A stretch of DNA of 64,000 bases. Source: a virus. Lineage: Duplodnaviria; Caudoviricetes. The notes beneath the pieces are model-generated. The model did not search any database. It was not told the DNA's origin and saw only the letters and a program-made list of their open reading frames with translations. The stretch spans positions 1 to 64,000 of IMG/VR virus record IMGVR_UViG_3300031867_000009, one strand, 5' to 3'. Both the position numbers and the translations under genes were made by a program. Shown here in pieces: positions 49,603 through 60,300 of the stretch; the stretch's first letter is position 1, and each line of letters starts with the position of its first letter.

Positions 49603-50685
49603 TTATTTATTCTTATCTCCGGTGACGGAGTTAAGTCCGTAAGTTTTTGAATCGTAGAAATCAATATAATATGATTCACGTTCTCTCAATTTGTCTTTTG
49701 GAACTACTTCTAATAGTTCAAAAGTAAAGTTTTCACACCCATCAGCTGCCATTACGCGATGAAGTTGAGAAGAAGCTAATGCTCCGACTCCTAAGGCTGA
49801 TTTAACGTGTTCTTGCCAGCGCTTATCAACTGATGTTGTTTGTCCTATATATATCTCATTGGTTTTTAATCGTGTAATTTTGTAGACGCCGCTTACATCG
49901 CCGTTTGTAAGAATGCGTTTACGAAGTTCTGCGAGTGGTTTTTGATAGTAGCCAGTCCATATGACTTTGTTAATTGCTTCTGGATGGCGTAAGCGTGGAG
50001 TTATTGAGCGAAGTAATTCAATATCGTTTGAGTCATCTGGGTTAAGTTGTATTCTGAAAAAGTCTTGTTGTTCCTCAAGTTTTTTCTGACGTAGAATCTC
50101 TTCATTGATGGCGGCGCGCTTATTTCGTTCTTCTTCAAGTTGACTTGTTAGTTCTGTTAATTCATCTAACTTATCTTGCTTTACTTCAGCAAGTTTAGAA
50201 AGTTCTTGATTAAAAGCATCTGTCCAATAAGAGCGATATTGGTCAAGTTCATTTTTAATAATTAATTGTTTATGTTCTTCGTATTCTGCGGCCGCGCTAT
50301 CAATTTCTTTTATTTTACCTTGACGGTATAAGTCTAAATCTTGATTTACTTCATTATATCGCTTTTCTTTTTCAGCAAGGATTGTTTCATATTTTTGAAT
50401 TTCATTATCTAAAGTAGATAGTTGCATATGATGTTTTTGAAAAGCTCCTTGCCACTCTTTTTCTAATCCATCGGTTTTAATTTTTAATTTATCTTTTAAT
50501 TGTTTTTCTTCTTGCTTCCACTCTTCTTCAAAGTAGTTTTTTATCTCTTCCTTTCTTAATGTTTCTAATTTATGCTTATCAAATACTAATTTTTCTGCTA
50601 ATTCTTTTTTCTTTTTATATTGTAAATATAATATAATAATTAAAATAACGCTTAAAAGAAGAGTGATTAATAAATATAATTCCAT
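49603..50685 (-). CDS. Membrane-anchored coiled-coil protein with C-terminal GIY-YIG nuclease
   Basis: N-terminal TM helix, long E/K/Q coiled coil, SGVYKIT...IYIGQT...RWQEH...E..YI...GLN. Confidence 0.75.
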   Translation of the reverse strand: MELYLLITLLLSVILIIILYLQYKKKKELAEKLVFDKHKLETLRKEEIKNYFEEEWKQEEKQLKDKLKIKTDGLEKEWQGAFQKHHMQLSTLDNEIQKYETILAEKEKRYNEVNQDLDLYRQGKIKEIDSAAAEYEEHKQLIIKNELDQYRSYWTDAFNQELSKLAEVKQDKLDELTELTSQLEEERNKRAAINEEILRQKKLEEQQDFFRIQLNPDDSNDIELLRSITPRLRHPEAINKVIWTGYYQKPLAELRKRILTNGDVSGVYKITRLKTNEIYIGQTTSVDKRWQEHVKSALGVGALASSQLHRVMAADGCENFTFELLEVVPKDKLRERESYYIDFYDSKTYGLNSVTGDKNK

Positions 50686-50779
50686 ATTAATCTCCCTTAA
50701 ATTTTAAAGTAAAAATACACACTAATAATAAATAATGTGTATAATTACTTTAATTTTTTTGTTTTTCTCTTTCTATTAT

Positions 50780-50809
50780 ATTATATCAAGTTTAGCGTCT
50801 TTTTGTCAA
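50780..50809 (-). promoter_or_regulatory. Sigma-A-type promoter
   Basis: TTGACA-18 nt-TATAAT with TG extended -10. Confidence 0.65.
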
Positions 50810-51199
50810 ATTTTGCTGTCGTTGCCAATCCTGGTCATTTTTCCAACGGCTGGCCGCGCGAAAACGTGGGTTGAATAAGTCAGCTGAGGTGTGTAAATTA
50901 TCAAGCTCCCAATATGGAATTATATATAGTGGGATATTGTGAGCAAGACAATAGCTTATTTTACGCCTATCTCTTTCTTTTGCTGCTTCGAATTCTGCGC
51001 GAGTGCTATGGAACTTCTTTACGTGTTGATAATGTTGTTCTCCGTTATACTCTAAAACACATGGAATGGCTCGGCTGCCTACGACGTAAAAATCAAAACG
51101 ATAAAGCCCATGTTTTAAATCTTTAAAACGCTTTTCTCTTTCAAATTTATATCTACCTTTTTGTAGTAGCTCTATAACTTTTTCTTCACCTTTACTCAT
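50792..51199 (-). CDS. Stand-alone PD-(D/E)xK (Vsr/DUF559-like) endonuclease
   Basis: SKGE, RFDFYV, EYNGEQHY, D..K..YC..HNIPLYIIPYW. Confidence 0.65.
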   Translation of the reverse strand: MSKGEEKVIELLQKGRYKFEREKRFKDLKHGLYRFDFYVVGSRAIPCVLEYNGEQHYQHVKKFHSTRAEFEAAKERDRRKISYCLAHNIPLYIIPYWELDNLHTSADLFNPRFRAASRWKNDQDWQRQQNLTKRR

Positions 51200-51293
51200 A
51201 TCTCTTCTCCTTCTCTAAAAAGTAGAGTTTGCCACATTAATCTCCACTTATCCATGAAAGAAAATGTCCTATAAGGATATTTAGGAGGGGAAA

Positions 51294-51743
51294 ATGAATC
51301 TGTTTGAAATCAATCATCTTGCTCAAGGCGGAGTAGTAGGATTATTGGTTGTCCTTATAGGGATGATTAAGATACCGAAGCTAGAGCTAAATATATGGAA
51401 TTTAATTGGCCGAACAATTGGCCGTTCTATTAACGGAGAAGTATTAGCACAAGTTAAACGACTTACAGTTGAAGTTGATATTTTAAAGAAAGAAGAAGAG
51501 CTTGAGCGTGCGCGTCAGGCTAGACAACGTATACTTCGATTTAATGATGAGATTTTATTTAATAAGCGTCATTCAAAAGAACATTTTGATGAAATTCTTG
51601 ATGATATAGATACTTATGAGGATTATTGTGAAGCACATGAAGATTATGAGAATAATAAGGCTGTATTAGCAATCTCTACAATTAGAGAAGTATATAAGGA
51701 ATGTTTGAGAGACCACGATTTTTTAATTTACGAAAAGAAGTAG
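51294..51743 (+). CDS. Holin-like membrane protein
   Basis: N-terminal hydrophobic helix, charged C-terminus (RILRFNDE...HSKEHF), first gene of the rightward late block. Confidence 0.4.
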   Translation: MNLFEINHLAQGGVVGLLVVLIGMIKIPKLELNIWNLIGRTIGRSINGEVLAQVKRLTVEVDILKKEEELERARQARQRILRFNDEILFNKRHSKEHFDEILDDIDTYEDYCEAHEDYENNKAVLAISTIREVYKECLRDHDFLIYEKK

Positions 51744-51776
51744 GTTGAAAATAATTTAGAGGAGTGAAAAGGAGTT

Positions 51777-53198
51777 ATGGCAGTAAGGGCTTATTATGGA
51801 ACTTGCAAGACTGCAGAAGATGTATCAGAGAAACAAGTTTATGTTCCTGATATGGATTTAGCGGAAGAGAATTTTAATTTTATAGAAGGGGATTTATTAA
51901 TTGTATTTTTTGCTCAAACTAATACAGTATCAGAGCCTTCTATTGTAATATATAATCAAGATCCAGAACAAGAATTAAGTACAACTAGCGATTCTGGTAA
52001 ACTTATAAAAAGTTTAGATGTTGTTGCAAATATGGAAAATGCATGGGCCGCCGGTGAGACGGTCATTTTTGCGTACACCCAAGAAAGTACAACAGATACT
52101 TATTATTGGGAATTAGTTGATGCAAATCATGCTTCTAAAGATACTTATGGAAATACAAAATTATTTGATGAAAACAATTTAGAGACTTTACTTACTGAAG
52201 CAGAAGATGATGCTGAAAATTCAGAAATAGCTTTAACCCCTAATGCCTTAAAAAGATTTTTTAATTTATTAAATGGTATAGAAAGCAGTCAAAAAGAAGA
52301 TGAAGGCGACGAAGGTGGCGGCGAAGGCGGCGAAGGTGAGGGTGATGAAAGTGAAGACCCAGTACTTCGTGTCATTGGATTAAATTGGACTCCTGCTATT
52401 GAAGAGGATACACAAGACTTAGGTACACTTTCTTTAACTGGTGATAGTACAAATGGAATTCAAATTACTTATCCATTCGATTCACGAGTTCAATCTCTTA
52501 TTCAAAAAAGTATTCCATTTGTACCACAATTTACAGGTCAACTTATAAATAATGGTAATGGTAAAGACGGGGAAACCGCCGCACTTCCTGAGGAAGGTGC
52601 AGAACCTTTTATTACTAGAATGATTCCGAATGATTTATATTTTAATGATGCTAATGGATTATATTATGGTACACCAGACAATAGAAATAATATGATTAAT
52701 GTTAATAATGGTACTCTTACTGTAGGTAATAATGCATTAACTGGTGGAATAGTATTAAACAAAGCAACAACAATTAGTGGAAATCTTCAAACTAATGGCA
52801 CTTTAACTACTACTGGAGCTATTAGTGCCGGTTCTGGTCAAATTTCTACCACAGGAATAATCAAAGGTAGTACTTTATATGAAAATAATTATCCACTAAA
52901 TCAAATTTATAGTAAAGTTTTATATCGAGCATATAAAACAAGTGATAATTTAACTATTGGTAAAAGTACGTATCAATTAGGAGATATTTATGTAAATGAT
53001 GTACCAAATTACACACCTATTGGTATACTTGGATATAATGTTACTAATTGGGATTCTGGTGGTCGAAATGCCTCATATTGTATTCCTTATGCTATGGCAT
53101 TTTATACTGACCATATAAGATATAATATTCGTAATATACATACATCAGAGTCGGCCAAGGTTAAAATAACTTGTTTAATTTTATATATACATAACTAA
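51777..53198 (+). CDS. Putative baseplate/tail-associated protein
   Basis: 473 aa, acidic N-half, Gly/Thr-rich beta-helix-like C-half, upstream of Dit. Confidence 0.45.
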   Translation: MAVRAYYGTCKTAEDVSEKQVYVPDMDLAEENFNFIEGDLLIVFFAQTNTVSEPSIVIYNQDPEQELSTTSDSGKLIKSLDVVANMENAWAAGETVIFAYTQESTTDTYYWELVDANHASKDTYGNTKLFDENNLETLLTEAEDDAENSEIALTPNALKRFFNLLNGIESSQKEDEGDEGGGEGGEGEGDESEDPVLRVIGLNWTPAIEEDTQDLGTLSLTGDSTNGIQITYPFDSRVQSLIQKSIPFVPQFTGQLINNGNGKDGETAALPEEGAEPFITRMIPNDLYFNDANGLYYGTPDNRNNMINVNNGTLTVGNNALTGGIVLNKATTISGNLQTNGTLTTTGAISAGSGQISTTGIIKGSTLYENNYPLNQIYSKVLYRAYKTSDNLTIGKSTYQLGDIYVNDVPNYTPIGILGYNVTNWDSGGRNASYCIPYAMAFYTDHIRYNIRNIHTSESAKVKITCLILYIHN

Positions 53199-53213
53199 TA
53201 GGAGACAAAGGAG

Positions 53214-54305
53214 ATGAAAGGTGATTTCTTAGGTTTTAGTTTTGATGGAATACATAGTTCTGAGTTAGGAATTATACACGTATCCTCAAGCGACCGTTAT
53301 GATGAGGAACTCTTTCCAGAGGTAAAGGATAAAACAATTGAAATACCAAATAATCATGGGGAATATTATTATGGAAGTACGTATGGTACTCGTACTTTTG
53401 AAATAGAATTTGCTTATGATTCAGTTACAGAAATACAATTTAGAAAAATAAGGCATTTATTTGGAACAAATAAAATTTGTGAACTAATTTTTGATGAGAG
53501 ACCTTATAAGGTTTATTATGCAAAAATTGAAAGTCCAATTACAATGTCTTATGTTTGTTTTGATGAAGAAGAATGGATTTGGGACTCTGAAAATCACAAT
53601 AATTATATTCCAGATAGTATAGACCATAAAAGTTATACAGGGAATAAAAGACGTATATATAAAGGAGAAGGTACAGTTAATTTAATTTGTTATCAACCTT
53701 TTGCTCATCAACTTTTTAAAATTAAAGAATTATACGAGCGCGCGGGCGCGAATCAAGGTAATTTAATCACTACATATGCAAATACAGATGAATGGATTGA
53801 GTCTAGTGGTATTTTGACACAAGAAGAATGGAATGAATACCATATTGACCAAGTAGTTAATGCTGGTGATCCATATACATATGCAATACCAGTTTATAAT
53901 CCAGGTGATTTAAATGTTGGTTTTTGTTTATATATACCTTTTGTCAATGGAGAAATTTTGCCAAAAGATGGAAAATCTGATATAATTATAAATGGAGATA
54001 CAGAACTTTTAGTGTTAAAACCAATTCAGAAAAAAGGTAATGATGCGGGAATAGTAATTAATACTAGAACACATTTAATTGAAGGCGTATCTTTTTCACA
54101 AATAGCAAATATTAATGATTATCGTAAACCAGCTTGGACAGCGACTGGTAATTTATATAATGAATATATAAAATTAGGTGATTTTCCTTATATTAAACGA
54201 AATGATTGGAAATTAGACGCATCTAATAATAGACCGCAAGCTATATATATTAGTTGTGCAGAAGTTGAAGGTATAAGAATTTATTATGATTACTTATACT
54301 TTTAG
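53214..54305 (+). CDS. Distal tail protein (Dit-like)
   Basis: GFSFDGIHSSELG, R.FEIEF, LIFDERPYKVYYAK, N.GD motifs. Directly before Tal. Confidence 0.75.
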   Translation: MKGDFLGFSFDGIHSSELGIIHVSSSDRYDEELFPEVKDKTIEIPNNHGEYYYGSTYGTRTFEIEFAYDSVTEIQFRKIRHLFGTNKICELIFDERPYKVYYAKIESPITMSYVCFDEEEWIWDSENHNNYIPDSIDHKSYTGNKRRIYKGEGTVNLICYQPFAHQLFKIKELYERAGANQGNLITTYANTDEWIESSGILTQEEWNEYHIDQVVNAGDPYTYAIPVYNPGDLNVGFCLYIPFVNGEILPKDGKSDIIINGDTELLVLKPIQKKGNDAGIVINTRTHLIEGVSFSQIANINDYRKPAWTATGNLYNEYIKLGDFPYIKRNDWKLDASNNRPQAIYISCAEVEGIRIYYDYLYF

Positions 54306-54316
54306 GGGGTTAAAAA

Positions 54317-57300
54317 ATGGGCGTAATAAAAAAGAAACCATATGAAATATCGGTTTGGGAAGATCGCCTTGTAACAGAAAACGATATAAGTTATTATAAA
54401 GAAATTAAATTAGCAGTTATCGGTTCTGACAAAATGGAATCTCCTAATCGAGTTTTTGATCCGGTATTAATAGAGAATGTTAATGGAGAAAAAACATTAA
54501 CATTCTCTTTAGCATATAAATATTATGATGAATATGAAGGAGAATTAGTTACAAATTCATTTTATAAATATTTAATTAATGAAAGAAAAGTTAAACTTTT
54601 CTATAATGACGAATGGAACGAATTTGTAATTAAGGAATGTGAAGAAAGTTCAGAAGAAAATATTTTTAAATATACTGCAAAAGAACTTTTTTCACTTGAA
54701 TTAGCTAAGCTTGGATATAATGTAACTTTAGATACAGAATTAAATAATAATCAAGGTACAATTATTGAGTTAGCTAAAAAGGTTTTAAAAGATACTGACT
54801 GGGAAGTAGATGAAGATAATTCTGATTTATTAACTCAATATGTACAAGAACCATTATATAAGATTGAAATACAATTATCTGAAGGTCAAGATACGTTAGA
54901 GGTTCTTAATTTAGATACTAATAAGCTTATAGATATAAATAATGGCGAAATTATTTATATATTTTATAGTTTTATTAATAATAAAGAAACTGCTAATGTT
55001 CAATTTATTAGAGAGGCTGACAGGGCAAAATTTTTTATTGACGATGATAATGTTATTAAAAGTACAAATTATCGTTTCACTCAACCTGTACAATATATAA
55101 CTGATTCAGAAAGTGGAGAAGTTATTAGAATTGAAGACATAGGAGAGGTTGATTCTTTATATTTAAGCAATCAAGGCTATCGGTTAGTTTATAAAATTTT
55201 AACAACATATGACCCAATTATGAATCGTACGGTTGAAATTTATAATATGCCGTATGAAGATGGGATACAAGAAATATATCATTTTTTAGATTATAATTAT
55301 ACTACTTCAGATATAGTTGTATCATATGTAACTAATGGCTCAAATTTTGAACTTTTTGAAGATGGTGATATACAAGGATGGTATAATACTACACCAACAT
55401 CTACAGAAAGTGATATTCCAATATTACAACCTATAAGTACTACTACTTATCCAGAATTAGCTGCAACTGCAGATTTACAATTACTTGATGAGTTATCTGA
55501 AATTAATGGATATATAGAATTAAAATTTAATAATGCATTAACTGAAAATTATGAGAATACTTATTTTAATGAAGGATTTGAACATAGCGCATCAATTATA
55601 GACCATATTAGTTCTGGGGAAAAATTTATATTAAGAACTCGTTATTATACTGCTAATTCTAAGCATGGAGACTTAATTGAAGGTAATCCAACGGGTAATA
55701 ATGGTGGTTTAAGAGTAATAGTTGCTCAATATGAAACTGTTGAACAAGATTGTTATTTAAATGAAGATGCACAAGAAAAATCACAATCTTCAAAAGTTAA
55801 AGTATATAAAATTTTACCAAATGAAATTGTTTTAGATTTTGATGGCGATTTTATATATAATCCAAATCTTATTACTAATGGTGTATTTGAAAGTAATGAT
55901 AGAAAACAATATATTGTAGATAATGTAGTTCAGGCACCATCTACAGCTTATATATATAAAACAGCTGGTGATGACACAGAATATATATGGAATTGTAAAA
56001 ATAAACAATATGTAAATAAAACTGAAAAAGGTGCAGAGTTAAAATTTGCAGATTATTATTATACGATTGCTACTGCTAAAGGTTCATTTACTAATGAACA
56101 AATGCAAGACCCGAAATTAAAGTTAGGAGTTTTTGTATATACTAAAGACTCAGATATTATCGGCAAATATACATATTTACAAGATATACAGTTAACTCGT
56201 TATTATGAGGATGGCAATAAAAATCCAGTCACTATAGGCAATGCACCGACCGCGATAAGTCAAGATGCTCATCATTATTATTTAAAACCAACCACTCAAG
56301 TTAGTGACAAAGAAATTAATACTTTTGGTACTTTAGAAGCGTTGGCCGATGAGCTCGGTGCGGATGTAAATACAATCACACCAGTTTTTAATGAAAGCTC
56401 ACAAAAAGTTTTATCAATACAAGCTAATCAATCAAATTATTTTAATATATTGCAAGATTTATGTGAGAAATTTGAATGTTGGTTAGATATTAGAGTTTCT
56501 CATGAGGAAGATGGCTCTATTAGTCTTGATAAAAATTTTAATCCTATTAAAAAAGTTGCTTTTAAAGAATATGCTGGTAAAGATAATTTTGCTGGTTTTA
56601 AAAATGGTATAAATTTAACTGGTATTACTCGTAATATAGATAGTAATGAAATTGTTACTAAATTAATTGTTGAACCAGTGCAAAGTGAATATTCTGATAC
56701 AGGTTCAATTGAAATACAAAGAGCTAAATCAAATTCTAGTGGTCAATCTTATATTTTAAATTTTTCTTATTATTTAAACAGAGGATTGATTACTGAAACG
56801 AGAGAAGAATTTAATGATGCATTATATCAATATAATTCACAATTTAGTAAATTAAATAAAGACATTATTGAAAAACAAGATGAATTAGTTCAGCTTTCTA
56901 AATCATTAACAAAAATTTCAGCTGAACGCAATAGTTATACAGCATTACTCGATGAAGCTCATCGTAGTTACAATAAAGCAATTGAAGATTTTTATAAATT
57001 AACTAACTGGGAGTATGAAACTTTTGTTACAAATTATCAAAATCTTGAGAATTGGGCAATAAAGGAACCAGATCAAGCAAAAAATTATTTAAAAAATGAT
57101 ACAGTATTAGATGTAGTAGGACAAATTTATACTGCTACTGTAACAATAAATAATTATACTGGTATTTTAAATAATTTAAATAAAGAATATCAAGAGTTAG
57201 ATTTAAAATATAATGGTGCAAAGGAATATGGAATTTCTGTTACTTATATTCCAAGTAATGAAATAGATATTAATCCATCTACTAAAGTAGTTATTGATGA

Positions 57301-60300
57301 TTATATTTCTGGATTGCAATTTCAATTATTAGATACCAATCTTTCACCGGTAGTATATCATACTACGCCTAATGAGCGTATTTTTAATATATCTAATGCA
57401 AATCCTTATCAATATATAGGTTTTATAAATATACCAGAGCATTATCGTTTAAAATATTTTAATAAAGATAAGTCTTATATTTTAGATAGAGAAAATGCGG
57501 GACGCAGTTTTAAAATCTATGATGATATAACTGGTGAAACATATAATAGACGATTTGTTTTAGTTCCAGATGAAGATTATGCAATACAATATAAAGGTAT
57601 ACAAAAAGAATTAGAAGAATTAACTAAACAAAAAGAACAGTTAGAAAAAGAGTTTTATAAAAAATATAGTCGTTTTTTACAAGAAGGTACTTGGAGTTCA
57701 CAAGATTATATTGATAATGAATTATATTATTTTGATGCACTACAAGTAAGTGATACTTCAGCGCAACCTAAAGTTAGTTATACAATTAATGTATTGGAAG
57801 TAAGCCAGATTGATGGTTTAAAAAGCTATGACTTTAGAGTTGGTGATAAAACATATATTGAAGATACTGATTTCTTTGGTTATTTATATCAATCAACTGA
57901 TGTCCGCGAACCAATTGAAAAAGATGAGGATTCATCAAATCGCGCGCCAGTAGATGAAGATTCGATATATGATAATGATATACCTGTAATAATAACTACA
58001 CGAACCCCTGTTCGTGAAGAAGTAATTGTTTCTGAAATTGAGTGGCATTTTGATGAGCCTGATAATAATACAATTACTATTCAAAATTATAAAACTCGTT
58101 TTGAAGATTTGTTCCAACGCATAAGTGCGACAGTTCAGACAGTACAACGTAATGAGATTACATATCCAAAAACTAGCTCTATATTAGACCAAAGTGGTTT
58201 AATTAATAGTAATTTACTTGCTGATTCACTTAATGGAATTGGTGGAGTTGGATTCGCGCTTACTACGAATGGTAGTGTTCAAGCTACTCAAGATGGATTA
58301 TTAATTAGAGATTTATTAAATCCATCTAATGTAATGAGATTAGCTAGTAGTGGTCTTCAAGTATCTACCGATGGCGGCGCGAATTGGGGAACTGCGATTA
58401 GTGCAGAAGGTATTTCTACTGATATATTAACCGCGGGAACTATTAATACTCAACGTATTTGGTTAATGGATGGAGACAATCCAAGTTTTCGTTGGGATAA
58501 AGCCGGACTTAACGCCTATGGATTAGATGAGAATGGAAATGATTCTTATGATTTAAAAACTTATGTAAGATTTGATAAATATGGTCTATATGGTATTAAA
58601 AATGATGAAGAATATGTAGCTAGTTCTTTAGAAGATGTAAGAAATAAAGCTTTCTTTGGAATTACTTGGGACGGATTTTTTATAAAAAATTCTTATACTG
58701 ATGGTGAAGTAAGTATTACATCTGATGATGATTTTGTTGTAAAACAAAATGAACAAACTCGAATTAAAATAGGTGCAGTTGAAAAAAATGCTGCGGGTGA
58801 ACCTACTAAATATGGTATTAATATTATCAATGATAATGGTGAAATTGTATTTGATACTGGTGATGATGGTAATGTAACCGTTAGTGGTACTATAAATGCA
58901 TTAGCTGGTAATTTTACTGGTCAAGTTAATGTAGGTGATCCTGATGATACTCATATTATAATTGACGGTAGAGTAGATAATCCAATTATTCAGTCATCGA
59001 ATTATTCTGATGGTGCTGGTACTGGTTGGATAATTGATAGCCGTGGAGATGCCACTTTTTCAAACGTATCAGTGCGCGGAGCTATTAAAACTGCTGTATT
59101 TGAATATGAAGAAATTCAAGCGGTTGGCGGCGCATTTTTATTCAGACCTTCAAGTACTATTAAATCTGCTAAATATGTTCCTTTAGAAGAAACAATTGAA
59201 GAAATTGATGATGAAGGAAATACTCATATTATTGATTTCTATTATTATGATGATATAACAGGTGAAAAGGTATATAATGATTTAATAGTTACTGTTGAAA
59301 AACCACTTATGTTTAGAAAAGGTAATTGGGTTAAAATTAGTAATTATAATTCATTAGGTGTTGACCCTGCTGATGATTTAACAACTTATGGACTTGTTCA
59401 TATTTATGAAATAAGTGAAATTATTCAACCAGTAGAGCCAGAAAGTGGAGATGATGACCATGATGAAGGCGAACCTGAAAATGATATTATAGATTCTAAC
59501 AATAATATTGAAGAAAATGAAGCATTTGCAGATGAAGAAGTAGATGAAGAAGAAGAAAATAGTTACGGAATTGTTTTAAAAGGTGGTACAGCCATACTTG
59601 AACAAACTAGTTTAGAAAACGTCGCAGGTGGCGCGCTTATTGATTTTGGTAAAGCCAATGATGATGAGCATTATGATAATGGTGCGCATAATTATGGAAT
59701 TGGAGTTAATAGTTCTGATAATTATGTTAATTTACCGGCGCGTGCGATAAGTCTATTTGAAACTACAATTCATCCAAATGATACAACAAAAGTTACTTAT
59801 AATTATCGAGGTATTTTAGGTACTTTACCAAGATTGCCAGCTACTGATGTTGATAATGATATATATAATCGTTATATGGCTGGTACACAAGGTATATATA
59901 CAGATAATATGTATCTTGGAGATGATGAACAATTTTTAAGCTTCTATACTGATACAAGTGACCCATTAAACCCAAAAAAGAAGCTTAAGATTAAAGCTAA
60001 TCAAGTTGTGTTTGAAGTAGTGGACCCTGACACTCATGAACCTACCGGTCAATGGCATGATGTAAATGACATAGAAGCGGAAGGAGTGCCTGGACCGCAG
60101 GGGCCAGCAGGACAGGATGCTATTACAGTTGAAATTGATTCTACGGCTGGTGTATTATTTGTAAATGATATTATTACATCTACATTAATTTGTACCGTTA
60201 AAAAAGGTGGTGTAGATATAACAAATGACCCAAATTATAATATATATTATACTTGGAAAAAACGTTTAAGTGATGGTTCTGGATATGACCCAGATTGGGG

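Noticed and set aside
52296-52350. GAAGG(C/T)G repeats in the 51777..53198 gene
   Set aside because: They encode a low-complexity Glu/Gly linker and are not a CRISPR array or regulatory repeat.
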